From: a virus
Taxonomy: Duplodnaviria; Caudoviricetes
Strand: one strand, 5' to 3'
IMG/VR virus record: IMGVR_UViG_3300034073_002120
DNA length: 64,000 bases
The position numbers and the translations under genes are program-made. Below are positions 39,569 through 48,773 of the stretch, one piece after another. Position 1 is the stretch's first letter, and each line of letters begins with the position of its first letter. The notes under the pieces are model-generated. The model was given only the letters and a program-made list of their open reading frames with translations. It ran no database searches and had not been told where the DNA came from.

Positions 39569-40210
39569 TTATTTAAATTTCAATCCTGTTAATTTTTCAA
39601 TATCCGAAACTAATACTTTGTTATTGTTTATTCCATCTGGTTTAGATAAATCATTCTGAAATAAATACGCGAACCATTCTTTTGTTTTTACTATATAAAC
39701 CACTTTCCAGCATTGTGTCGGAACTGCAACTTTATTTACACCTATTGTTTTAGCAACTCCAATATTTCCAGCCCAGATATGAACTGAATCTTGTTTCACT
39801 GCCCAATTTCGTGTAAGTGTTTCTAATGATTTCCAATCTCCGGCATTTAATCTATGATATTGTGCAGCCATATTAGAATAATAGAAACACTCATCTTGTA
39901 CCGCAGGAGTTTGACATTGATTTGATTTTGCAGGCATTAAATGACCTCTATCCGTTCCACTATTTACATAATCTGCACCAATATTTGTTTCTTTTGGTAA
40001 TAAAGGGTCGGGCTTGAATTTATCTTTACGAGGTAAAGGATTTGGACACCCAACTTTTGCTTTGGTTTCCCACCATTCTACCAATACCGGATATTTTTTT
40101 GATTTTGAAAAGTGTGATGTGTAATTTGTATGTTTTAGAACTACCACATCTTGTGCCTTAAGACCTAAGGCGAAACATAACACTAAAATTAGTGTAAAAA
40201 ATTTTTTCAT
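39569..40210 (-). CDS. Secreted DNA/RNA non-specific endonuclease (NucA / Endonuclease_NS)
   Basis: Signal peptide MKKFFTLILVLCFALGLKA, DRGHLMP active site, FYYSNMAAQ...LN...W. Confidence 0.9.
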   Translation of the reverse strand: MKKFFTLILVLCFALGLKAQDVVVLKHTNYTSHFSKSKKYPVLVEWWETKAKVGCPNPLPRKDKFKPDPLLPKETNIGADYVNSGTDRGHLMPAKSNQCQTPAVQDECFYYSNMAAQYHRLNAGDWKSLETLTRNWAVKQDSVHIWAGNIGVAKTIGVNKVAVPTQCWKVVYIVKTKEWFAYLFQNDLSKPDGINNNKVLVSDIEKLTGLKFK

Positions 40211-40241
40211 ATACTAAATCCTCTCGTTTAGTATATAAATA

Positions 40242-41519
40242 TTAAATTTTTGAGTAATCCATACCCCAACTTGCCTTAATTGGAAATCCAAAACTTTCGA
40301 GCACGGATTTAATCTCCTTTGCCCTCTCCATATCCCAGCTCAAATGGTATTCAAATAAAAATGAATCGTAGGTATACAAGATTGGCAACTCCATCCCACT
40401 TCCTTTTAACTTTTTCAGAACTTCCATATTGAACTCCGTTTCTGTCGCTTGTAAAAGATAGTTGAACACCTTTTGGGGATTCTCACCTTCAATCCAACTT
40501 AGAGGTATTTTTCTTCCCTTTGGGGTTAGGATGTATCCTCTTTGTTGGGATTCGGTATAGACCCGTTGTATGAACTCATCAACCTCCTTAAAGAACGGAA
40601 TTTCTTTATCTTCATCACTCACACCACCATAAAGGATTCGGAATGTTCTTCCTTTAGATTCATCATAAGGACATCCGTATTGGTCTGCTAGCCATTGGTG
40701 TACGGAGGTCTTCGGTAAATCATATCCAATCAACTTACCGATAATACGAACGTGGTATGCATCATAATCGAATTGTAAGAACATCGTACCATCTCGAGGA
40801 ATGAATACTTCTCTCGAACCATCCTTTTTATTCAATGCACCAAAGTTGATACCGCCATGGCGATTGGAGGGACGTGATGTAAGGGTATATGGGTTATACT
40901 CTGTCCAAATAATATCGTTGTGTAGGTGTTTGGAGTTGTGTGGCCATCTATCAAAAAATTTTTCGGTGTCGACGTGGAGGCCCTTTCGTTCCATTTCTGA
41001 AAGGATAGGAATCATCGTTTCATCAATCCACTCCATTTTACCACTTTTCTCTAATAATGGTAAAAATGAGTATTTCTTAATAATACCATTTAATACCTCA
41101 ATCCACTTCATTATAGGGAGTGATTTACCTAAATTATCTCGTAACCCCAAACGAGTATAAAAGTTCGTTATGGGTTCAATTTCGGTGTTTAAATCGATTA
41201 AAGTATTGTATATAAAGAATGATTCCGCTTGTATATCTCTAACGGATTGTAATCCTAAGTTTGTTTGTAAAATTCCTTTTTTATTCCATACCCATTTTGT
41301 TTGTGTAGATTGGGAAAGGTCTATTTGAATGTTCTCGCAATCATTATGGTCAAATGGGATAATATAATCACCATCTTTGAAATGGACATAGAGAAATGAT
41401 AAATGAGTATTCATCGGATGTAAATCCAAATCAGCCCAAATAGGAATGACCATTGAGGATTGATTACCCCAACGGTCTATAAAATCATTTATCTCTTTTT
41501 GAGATTCTACTATAATCAT
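40242..41519 (-). CDS. Minimal family A DNA polymerase-like protein
   Basis: TLTSRPSN, motif A FDYDAYHVR, motif B K...F..LYG, motif C TYDS; only 425 aa. Confidence 0.75.
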   Translation of the reverse strand: MIIVESQKEINDFIDRWGNQSSMVIPIWADLDLHPMNTHLSFLYVHFKDGDYIIPFDHNDCENIQIDLSQSTQTKWVWNKKGILQTNLGLQSVRDIQAESFFIYNTLIDLNTEIEPITNFYTRLGLRDNLGKSLPIMKWIEVLNGIIKKYSFLPLLEKSGKMEWIDETMIPILSEMERKGLHVDTEKFFDRWPHNSKHLHNDIIWTEYNPYTLTSRPSNRHGGINFGALNKKDGSREVFIPRDGTMFLQFDYDAYHVRIIGKLIGYDLPKTSVHQWLADQYGCPYDESKGRTFRILYGGVSDEDKEIPFFKEVDEFIQRVYTESQQRGYILTPKGRKIPLSWIEGENPQKVFNYLLQATETEFNMEVLKKLKGSGMELPILYTYDSFLFEYHLSWDMERAKEIKSVLESFGFPIKASWGMDYSKI

Positions 41520-41523
41520 TCTA

Positions 41524-41555
41524 CAAAGATACGAAATTTATTTTGTATTTCCAAA
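41524..41555 (-). promoter_or_regulatory. Bacteroidota sigma-A type promoter, 4 nt from the ATG
   Basis: TTTG-N20-TATCTTTG-TAGA-ATG. Confidence 0.75.
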
Positions 41556-41936
41556 TTAAAATTGAGCACTACCCGATAAGATATTAGTCTTAATTGAATG
41601 TAATAACTCTACTTCATTTTGAAAGACGGTTTCTTCGAATTCGTTTCGATTTTTTTCAATCGATTCTTCTACCATTTTTAATAACATTTGATGATAGGTG
41701 GTAGTAAATGAATTACTAAGAGTAAATTTGTGATTTGTAATTGTTACTCCAAATTCATCTAAACGAACCCAATACAATAATCTCTTATTTACCATAAAGT
41801 ATTTATGACTAAGAGGTGCAACTTTTAAATCAGTATCTTCTTGTGCACATAAGTTTTTTACAACATCATAGATAAGTTGTTCTTTCTCATTCATCTCATA
41901 CTCTGGAAAGAATTTCTTTTTAATTGCTTTGAACAT
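41556..41936 (-). CDS. Hypothetical protein
   Basis: 126-aa ORF. Confidence 0.65.
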   Translation of the reverse strand: MFKAIKKKFFPEYEMNEKEQLIYDVVKNLCAQEDTDLKVAPLSHKYFMVNKRLLYWVRLDEFGVTITNHKFTLSNSFTTTYHQMLLKMVEESIEKNRNEFEETVFQNEVELLHSIKTNILSGSAQF

Positions 41937-42099
41937 TTTCGTCTTGTTTATCGTTTATCACTAAATATTTATATCCTTTTTCAGTTTCTTTAATTGTACC
42001 CGAATCAATTAGTTTTTGAACTTCCATCACAGCATCTTCTCCTTTCTCCATTGCTTGATGAAACATTAATCCAATTGTATGTTCTATGTAAATTACCAT
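41920..42099 (-). CDS. Hypothetical 59-aa protein, below the track cutoff
   Basis: MVIYIEHTIGLMFHQAMEKGEDAVMEVQKLIDSG...; fills the gap and overlaps both neighbours. Confidence 0.45.
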   Translation of the reverse strand: MVIYIEHTIGLMFHQAMEKGEDAVMEVQKLIDSGTIKETEKGYKYLVINDKQDENVQSN

Positions 42100-42572
42100 A
42101 TTTCAAATCCTCCACAATTTCGTAAGAATTCAATAAATTGTTTGATTCTACCAACTGATGTGGAATGTGATGATTCAACTAACATACCACTTTCAGTTAC
42201 GATTGGTGTATAGTGAATACTTCCATATTCATATTGTTGGTTTAAACTCATATCAACTTCACTACTAATCATTTTACCAGTTCCTGCTTCACACCAACTA
42301 CCTAAACATAGATACACTCTATCATCATCTTGTTTTGCATCAATTTCATTACCTAACAATTCTTCTAATGCATCAGCAAGATTATTACATTCTTCTGCGG
42401 TTTCTAATCCTTTACCATCATTAGACCCCCAATAATCAGTATTGTAATCTAATTTAGAATCGTAGATTGCCATTTGACAAAGATGGTTAATAGGTCTCCA
42501 TCCCCACCAATTAGAACCGAAATAATCACCTGTTTCATTTATTGGGTTTTTACCCGAAATATCTACTCCCAT
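42093..42572 (-). CDS. Hypothetical protein
   Basis: 159 aa, MGVDI...WWGWRP early-gene type sequence. Confidence 0.65.
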   Translation of the reverse strand: MGVDISGKNPINETGDYFGSNWWGWRPINHLCQMAIYDSKLDYNTDYWGSNDGKGLETAEECNNLADALEELLGNEIDAKQDDDRVYLCLGSWCEAGTGKMISSEVDMSLNQQYEYGSIHYTPIVTESGMLVESSHSTSVGRIKQFIEFLRNCGGFEIW

Positions 42573-42820
42573 TATTGTATAATTTTATTGGTGATTCGTA
42601 AAATTGTTGCTTCATCTTCTTTGGATAATCTCCAACTATTTCCTAATAATTTTCTAACTTCATCATCAAAATCAGAACCATTACCTTCATCTCCATAACG
42701 AGAATCTTTTTTAGCTACAATTCCTTCATCATAAAGGTCATCTACTAATTCTTGTTTTTCATAATCGGACATTCCCCATAGAATATCTTCAATGTCTACA
42801 TCAACTGAAATACTACTCAT
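42572..42820 (-). CDS. Hypothetical acidic protein
   Basis: 82 aa, TAATG coupling. Confidence 0.65.
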   Translation of the reverse strand: MSSISVDVDIEDILWGMSDYEKQELVDDLYDEGIVAKKDSRYGDEGNGSDFDDEVRKLLGNSWRLSKEDEATILRITNKIIQ

Positions 42821-42825
42821 AATTT

Positions 42826-43179
42826 TTAATTTTTAGTTTTTAATTCTTTTATATGTTTACAATCTTTTCCTCTACTAAATCCGTATGCCGGACATGAACA
42901 ACTCCATCTACCATTTATATTCGTTACTTCATAAATCTTACCTTTACTACCTTCTACTGAAAAGGTTTGTTTTTCTGATTTTATTGGTAGTGATACTACT
43001 ACTTCTTCGGTTTTTTTAAACTTAGTAATAGTTTTTGTCCACATTTTTTCTAACTCAGCCCAACTATATTTTCTATCTACTTTAACCCAACCTAATTTAG
43101 GGTCGGTTGTTACAATATACCATTGACCGGATATTACTGATTGAAACGATGTTGGTGGTAAAAGTGATTCAATTTTCAT
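42826..43179 (-). CDS. SWIM zinc-finger protein
   Basis: WSCSCP...DCKH. Confidence 0.75.
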   Translation of the reverse strand: MKIESLLPPTSFQSVISGQWYIVTTDPKLGWVKVDRKYSWAELEKMWTKTITKFKKTEEVVVSLPIKSEKQTFSVEGSKGKIYEVTNINGRWSCSCPAYGFSRGKDCKHIKELKTKN

Positions 43180-43181
43180 AA

Positions 43182-43553
43182 TTATACCATTTGAAACCCA
43201 ACTACTGAATTTGTTGTTGAACGAAAGGGTTTAGATGCCTGAGCAAATCTACCATAACTTCGAACCATTTGTGAAGGTGAAGTGATTGAATCCCAAGCAG
43301 ATTCCCATTTATCAGGTATCTTACCATCTTTGAGTACCAATAACCCAATTGCGTTAAAATACTCCTCAATATCACTATATTTTATCTTAAAGAAGGTATT
43401 TACCCTATTAGGTTTATCAACGTGAATAAAGAGAACTGAGCGGGGTTTAACCTTACATATTTTAAGGTTACGGGTCTTAACCTTTCCGTTAAGTGAAACG
43501 GTCACATCTAAGAACGAACCCGCGGGGAGATTATCAAAAATTGAAGAATTCAT
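43182..43553 (-). CDS. Hypothetical protein
   Basis: 123 aa, own promoter. Confidence 0.6.
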   Translation of the reverse strand: MNSSIFDNLPAGSFLDVTVSLNGKVKTRNLKICKVKPRSVLFIHVDKPNRVNTFFKIKYSDIEEYFNAIGLLVLKDGKIPDKWESAWDSITSPSQMVRSYGRFAQASKPFRSTTNSVVGFQMV

Positions 43554-43584
43554 ATCGTTTATAGTTTAATCATTTATTATACAG

Positions 43585-43616
43585 CTAATATAGGAAATAT
43601 TTTTCACATTTCCAAA
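43585..43616 (-). promoter_or_regulatory. Bacteroidota sigma-A type promoter (TTAG variant)
   Basis: TTTG-N20-TATATTAG. Confidence 0.75.
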
Positions 43617-43618
43617 TT

Positions 43619-43831
43619 TTATCGGTATAAAGTTACAAAATCTCCGAAATAAGTATCAAAGGTCTGAACCAAATGTTCGTAATCACCTTCTTTCATTTTC
43701 CCACAAACCTCTTCGGAATTTAATCCCAATTGTCTTGCAAGATTCACTGCAGTTCCCAATAAAAAGAATGCGTTACCTTGTGGACCGGTTAAATCAATTT
43801 CAATACCTGTATTTTTCTTAGTCTTTATCAT
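43619..43831 (-). CDS. Hypothetical small phage protein
   Basis: GPQGNAFFLLG...GDYEHL pattern, 70 aa. Confidence 0.65.
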   Translation of the reverse strand: MIKTKKNTGIEIDLTGPQGNAFFLLGTAVNLARQLGLNSEEVCGKMKEGDYEHLVQTFDTYFGDFVTLYR

Positions 43832-43848
43832 ATCTTTTATATTTTAAA

Positions 43849-44208
43849 TTAAAGTCCTTGTTCTCTACGCAAATCATAATCTTCTTTATCAATCTCCGAA
43901 TACTCAACCACTTTTAAATAAGGTTTGAAATCGGTTTGATAATAACCTCTAAGATTAGCAATATCAATCATCGTATCAATAAATGATTTACGAACATACG
44001 TCATATCTGAACTACCAAACCCCTGGTCTTCTGGCCAATCTGAATAATATTCAGCAACCTCATCTAATGCATCGTAAACTGCATCCATATAAGTAATAAC
44101 TCGTTTTACATACTTACCCTCAACTGGAAAAGCGTTTTTAATAACATCATAACCTTCGATTAACGAAGCGGAAGCAAGAACTGAATTAACATTAAATGGT
44201 AAGCTCAT
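43849..44208 (-). CDS. Hypothetical protein (start moved to MSLPF)
   Basis: The ATG at 44208 follows a promoter-leader cassette. Confidence 0.65.
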   Translation of the reverse strand: MSLPFNVNSVLASASLIEGYDVIKNAFPVEGKYVKRVITYMDAVYDALDEVAEYYSDWPEDQGFGSSDMTYVRKSFIDTMIDIANLRGYYQTDFKPYLKVVEYSEIDKEDYDLRREQGL

Positions 44209-44251
44209 AATTTTATATTTTAAAGGTTTATTATCTCTCAATCTTATACAG

Positions 44252-44283
44252 CTAATATAGGTCTTTTTATTGGATTTTCCAAA
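44252..44283 (-). promoter_or_regulatory. Bacteroidota sigma-A type promoter (TTAG variant)
   Basis: TTTG-N20-TATATTAG. Confidence 0.75.
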
Positions 44284-44292
44284 TTTTTTAAC

Positions 44293-44583
44293 TTATATTT
44301 TTGGATATTTTTCAACTATTTTTACTACCGATTCTAATCGGCCGGATAACTCTGAATTTAGGAGTTTTTTACCCAAAACTAACAAATCATCGTATAAATA
44401 CCCATCGTATAACCCATATAACTCATTTATTAGGTTAAATCCATCTTCGGAACGTCTATCTACACCATCATCACCATTTGGACCAAATTGAACCATATCG
44501 ATAAGAGAACCAATTTCTCTTAGAGTTTCACCACTCATATTTTGGTGGCGATTAAAATTTGAATAACCTAACATATTTTCCAT
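44293..44583 (-). CDS. Hypothetical protein (start moved to MENML)
   Basis: ATG at 44583 after an A-rich leader. Confidence 0.6.
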   Translation of the reverse strand: MENMLGYSNFNRHQNMSGETLREIGSLIDMVQFGPNGDDGVDRRSEDGFNLINELYGLYDGYLYDDLLVLGKKLLNSELSGRLESVVKIVEKYPKI

Positions 44584-44594
44584 ATTTTTAAAGT

Positions 44595-44660
44595 TTAATA
44601 TCCTAATACTTTTAAGACCCTCATTCCGAACCAAATAATCTCTATAATGTTTAATTTCAT
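44595..44660 (-). CDS. 21-aa micro-ORF
   Basis: MKLNIIEIIWFGMRVLKVLGY; first ORF after the promoter at 44680-44711. Confidence 0.4.
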   Translation of the reverse strand: MKLNIIEIIWFGMRVLKVLGY

Positions 44661-44679
44661 ATCTCTCTCAATTACAAAG

Positions 44680-44711
44680 CTAACATACGAAGAATTTTCC
44701 ACATTTCCAAA
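44680..44711 (-). promoter_or_regulatory. Bacteroidota sigma-A type promoter (TTAG variant)
   Basis: TTTG-N20-TATGTTAG. Confidence 0.75.
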
Positions 44712-44740
44712 CATTTTATCAATTATTTTTTGACAAAAAA

Positions 44741-44767
44741 ATAACCCGTTGGGTTTTAACGGGTTAT
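44741..44767 (-). terminator. Intrinsic terminator separating late and early transcription
   Basis: ATAACCCGTT / AACGGGTTAT 10-bp stem, followed by a T-run on the minus strand. Confidence 0.85.
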
Positions 44768-44788
44768 AAAATATTGATTTTTAATGGG

Positions 44789-45562
44789 TTATTCTCCCCA
44801 ATATTTATTTCTTAAATCATATAATTCAATCGCTTCTCTCTTCATTTGATTACCTGGATGAAAATATGCTCCTTTTTTCAAATATCCACCTAAGAAATTT
44901 CTTCTCATTCTATTAGGGTCTCTATTTGGTTCTGAACCATGTACAACGTGTGAGTGTAAAAGTGCAACTTGTCCTTTTTTCAAATATCCCTCTACCTTAC
45001 GGAAATCATGGCCATCTGGCATTACACAACTTTTACCTCTTTCGCTTCTCCAGTTATCGGTATTAGTTGCTTTTCTTTCTTCATTATCTTCGATTGGTAA
45101 TACAGGTAATCTATGTGAACCTTCGTAGTTCCACACCGCTCCGTTTTCAGGGTCGTGATTATCTAATGCTAATGCAGTATTGATAATTTCATTATGTCCA
45201 CAACCGGTGTAGAATGCATTTTGATGTTGGTCACGTCCTAATTCACCTTTTGGTTTGTAGTATCCCCAAGTTTGTAAACCAACCACATCACCTTCCATAA
45301 GGAACTCACATGCTTCTAAAATTTTTGGATGGACAAATAATTTTTCAATTAATTCTGATTCTCTATGTGGATACATAATTGGTTCGAATTCTTGCCATTT
45401 TCCTGGTTCTTTTTCGTTTCGTTCTAAACGCAATCTATCTAATTCTGCGTTTACTTTATCAACTTCTTCTTCGGTAAGTAATTCTAATACAGTGAATCCG
45501 CGGTATCTCCAATCAAATGACATTTGTTGAAGTTCTTCTTGTGTAAGATGTTTGTAAGCCAT
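44789..45562 (-). CDS. PhyH (phytanoyl-CoA dioxygenase family) 2OG-Fe(II) oxygenase
   Basis: YYKPKG...HQN...ALD...NGA...GSH...HGSEPN...RR. Confidence 0.8.
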   Translation of the reverse strand: MAYKHLTQEELQQMSFDWRYRGFTVLELLTEEEVDKVNAELDRLRLERNEKEPGKWQEFEPIMYPHRESELIEKLFVHPKILEACEFLMEGDVVGLQTWGYYKPKGELGRDQHQNAFYTGCGHNEIINTALALDNHDPENGAVWNYEGSHRLPVLPIEDNEERKATNTDNWRSERGKSCVMPDGHDFRKVEGYLKKGQVALLHSHVVHGSEPNRDPNRMRRNFLGGYLKKGAYFHPGNQMKREAIELYDLRNKYWGE

Positions 45563-45592
45563 AACTTTTTGTTTGTTTTATATAAATATATA

Positions 45593-45982
45593 TTATTTGT
45601 AAAATTGTAAAAGATTTGGTAAATATAATTTTAGATTTGGTATTTTATCATAATGCAATAAAATAGCTCTTCGATTTGACTCCGATACACTCATATCTAA
45701 TAATTGTCCATCTTCTCTATATTGAGTTTCTTTTGGACCAGTTATTCTCCATTTTATAGATACTGAAACAAATATTGCATTATTTTGTAATCTAGTGAAT
45801 GTGTTTGCATTTATCTCATATATAGGTGATGTTGAATCATTTACCTGTTGTGTAAAATATCTAGCAATATACCCTCTTTTATAATCCAAATCAGTTGGAG
45901 TAGGTATATGTGTAGATATTGACGAATATGGTATTACATTCGATGACATCAATTTATTATATGAATCTAATATACTACTCAT
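45593..45982 (-). CDS. Hypothetical baseplate-region protein
   Basis: 129 aa, coupled to the upstream gene. Confidence 0.55.
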   Translation of the reverse strand: MSSILDSYNKLMSSNVIPYSSISTHIPTPTDLDYKRGYIARYFTQQVNDSTSPIYEINANTFTRLQNNAIFVSVSIKWRITGPKETQYREDGQLLDMSVSESNRRAILLHYDKIPNLKLYLPNLLQFYK

Positions 45983-48456
45983 TATTTTTCATTTCCTATT
46001 ATTCGTAATTCACCTTTAACATCAGTAAACCAATTCATACCTTCAATCGAATGGTCAACTTTAACTATTTGAAAGAAATTTGGTGCACCGAATTTACCCG
46101 GTAACCCATCAATTCTAAATTTATCACCAACCTTAAAACCACTAACACCATGTACTCTAAAATTAAATGATGCTAATCCAAATGGTGGATTTTGTTTATT
46201 ATTTTCAGCACGAGATTGCGAACCTTTTACTGTTTTTATAAGACCTTTATCAATTAAAAATACTTGTCTTAATGCAGAAGTATCATTCCATGCACCCACC
46301 ATTAATAATGACTCAAGCGTTCCATCATTTGATTTATTAAAATCAAGAAATGTTTTTGTTATATCCAATTTACCATTTCTATCTTGTACTTTCGGTAATA
46401 CTGCACCAGTTTTTGTATAATATTCAAAATTTAAAGCTCTAGCTTCTTGTTCTAATTCATCAGCAGATTTTTTAGATTCTACTGGTTGATTATTATCCGT
46501 AGGTTGCTCTGTTTTCTTTTCTGTTTCTTCTAATGTTTTAAGTCCTTGTAAGTAGGTCCCAACTACATCTTCATTTCTACTAAATACATTTCCCAACATT
46601 GGGCGTGGGTTTAATTCAGGACTATGTTCTATATTAGAATTAAGTTTTTTCTGTACTTGAGATGAAATCATTGCACCTGGAGTATCTACACTAAAATCAC
46701 AACTTATAAAAGGAGAATCAACTCCTCTTGCTTGAAATGAAAATATATCTGTAACATCAACTTGACCTGAAAAATTTAAATCCACTACTGAAACTTGTAA
46801 ATCACCAGTTTTTGGATTTATTGTTTCCATAATTTGAAAACGCCAAATAGAATTACACGCAGATGACATACCATTTAACATTTCATACATTACATCTCTA
46901 ACAACAAAATTTGGTTTAGATATACATTCAACGAAAAAATCAAAATTTATATATAGATTTTTTAAATGACCCCAAAACCCAGCTTTTTCTTTTATAGTTT
47001 TAAAAGATTTATCAACATTAGCAAATTCCATCTCTAAATTATATCTAGCAGGAAATGCATATGGAACTGGTCTGGTTGGCCCGTTTGGAAAATCTTGGCT
47101 TGAATTATTCGATGTATCTGCAGGAGTTTCTGGCCCTCCAATTGGATGTAAATTAGCTAAATTGGCCGGTTGATTTAGTTCATTAAATGTAATAAAATTA
47201 GTAACTTCACTTGTAGAAGATAATGCGGTTACTAAATTAAAATTAGGTGCAGTAGTATTTGGTATAAATAATTTAGTTTTATCGGTTGAAAACATATGTG
47301 GAAATCCCGAACATATTGTATTTTCAATTTGTATTCGTTGGTCTCTAGATTGTTTACCACATAATTTATTATCTTGTGGTTTCAAATCTACAGGATAACT
47401 ATTTATAATTTGCCAAGCCAATTCAAAACGAATATATCTATCAGTTGTAATGATAGGAATATCTTTTGGAATTTTAGCAGTTTTACTAGAATCTTCCGAT
47501 TTCAATTCTGCACCATCACTCATAGCATCAGCAAGAGATTCTCTAACCACCTTATCCATATTTACAAAATTAGCCGCATCTGCCCATTTTGTATCATATG
47601 CCATATTCTTAACTTTATCTGTTCTTTTTTGACCAGGAAGTTCATTGAACATTTGCATAAAAAGTGCTTTTCCCAATTCTTTTGCCTCTGCAGCTGCATC
47701 AATTTGATTTGCATTAAATGTATTACTTGAATCCTTTATTGCACTATCCGTTTTATTAGCATCTCTATGTGTTTGCATGTATTCTGCAACATTACCAACA
47801 CCTGTTAATTTTACTTCTAATTCATATGTTTCATTATCACCAAATGTCATTCCACCACCAACTACAATTCCTAATACAGCATCATAAGTGTAACCAGAGT
47901 TTTCTCTTTTTTGTTTTATGTTTGTCCATTTATCATACTCAGCCATTGCACATGCTGTTACCTTACCATTTTTATCTCCACATTTTTGTGCTATTGATTT
48001 TTGCACATTCCAACCCCATTCACATAATATATGAAATCCTGGTTCTAAAAAATATGATGCTAATAAATTTGCTTGTTCAGATGTAAATGCTGTAATTTTC
48101 ACAGTGGTAATTCTAGAACCACCTTCAGCAGTTTCATCAACACTTACACTTGTTATAACAGGTGATGGTCTTAAACCTCTACCACCGACTTGAAGAGGTG
48201 TATTATCAAAAGTATAACCAACTACACCTGATTTAGAATCTCCTCCATAATTTGTATTAAAATCACCTGATGGTTTTCCGATTGTTTGTAATATAAAACC
48301 ATCCTTTACACTTTTAACTCCGCTAATCATTCTAAACCACACACTAAGTCCACTCACTCCACCTTGTTGGATTGGACGATTATTACCTGCTCTACTTTTT
48401 ATAAGTTTAGCTAATTCAGGATATATTTGTGAATATTGTGGAAAAGAACCTGGCAT
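45982..48456 (-). CDS. Baseplate hub / tail-associated protein
   Basis: Position after the LysM-like gene; C-terminal FKVGDKF.I.GLP...F.I.KV.HSI.G.NW.T beta-hub pattern. Confidence 0.55.
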   Translation of the reverse strand: MPGSFPQYSQIYPELAKLIKSRAGNNRPIQQGGVSGLSVWFRMISGVKSVKDGFILQTIGKPSGDFNTNYGGDSKSGVVGYTFDNTPLQVGGRGLRPSPVITSVSVDETAEGGSRITTVKITAFTSEQANLLASYFLEPGFHILCEWGWNVQKSIAQKCGDKNGKVTACAMAEYDKWTNIKQKRENSGYTYDAVLGIVVGGGMTFGDNETYELEVKLTGVGNVAEYMQTHRDANKTDSAIKDSSNTFNANQIDAAAEAKELGKALFMQMFNELPGQKRTDKVKNMAYDTKWADAANFVNMDKVVRESLADAMSDGAELKSEDSSKTAKIPKDIPIITTDRYIRFELAWQIINSYPVDLKPQDNKLCGKQSRDQRIQIENTICSGFPHMFSTDKTKLFIPNTTAPNFNLVTALSSTSEVTNFITFNELNQPANLANLHPIGGPETPADTSNNSSQDFPNGPTRPVPYAFPARYNLEMEFANVDKSFKTIKEKAGFWGHLKNLYINFDFFVECISKPNFVVRDVMYEMLNGMSSACNSIWRFQIMETINPKTGDLQVSVVDLNFSGQVDVTDIFSFQARGVDSPFISCDFSVDTPGAMISSQVQKKLNSNIEHSPELNPRPMLGNVFSRNEDVVGTYLQGLKTLEETEKKTEQPTDNNQPVESKKSADELEQEARALNFEYYTKTGAVLPKVQDRNGKLDITKTFLDFNKSNDGTLESLLMVGAWNDTSALRQVFLIDKGLIKTVKGSQSRAENNKQNPPFGLASFNFRVHGVSGFKVGDKFRIDGLPGKFGAPNFFQIVKVDHSIEGMNWFTDVKGELRIIGNEK

Positions 48457-48459
48457 TTG

Positions 48460-48750
48460 TTATTGTATAAATTTATTTACGATTTCAGTATAGTTTTGTG
48501 GAATTCTTAAAATTGTTCCATCCGCAATTGCAAATGGTGCATCGTGAATGTTATTAGCAGTTGCTATAATCCACCATAACGATGCATCTCCAAAGAATTG
48601 ATATGCAAGTGTATCCAATCTATCACCCGTCTGAGTCACTGCATAAATATCATTATCCGAAAGTGGTATATTTGGGTATATTTTTGTTCTATATACCTCT
48701 CTACCATCTTTCAGTTTTTGAGTTTTATTGTTTGTATATCTACTTGTCAT
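48460..48750 (-). CDS. LysM-like baseplate glue protein (gp53 / gpX-like)
   Basis: GDRLDTLAYQFFGDASLWWIIA.AN. Confidence 0.8.
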   Translation of the reverse strand: MTSRYTNNKTQKLKDGREVYRTKIYPNIPLSDNDIYAVTQTGDRLDTLAYQFFGDASLWWIIATANNIHDAPFAIADGTILRIPQNYTEIVNKFIQ

Positions 48751-48773
48751 ACTATATTAAATATCTAAATTTA

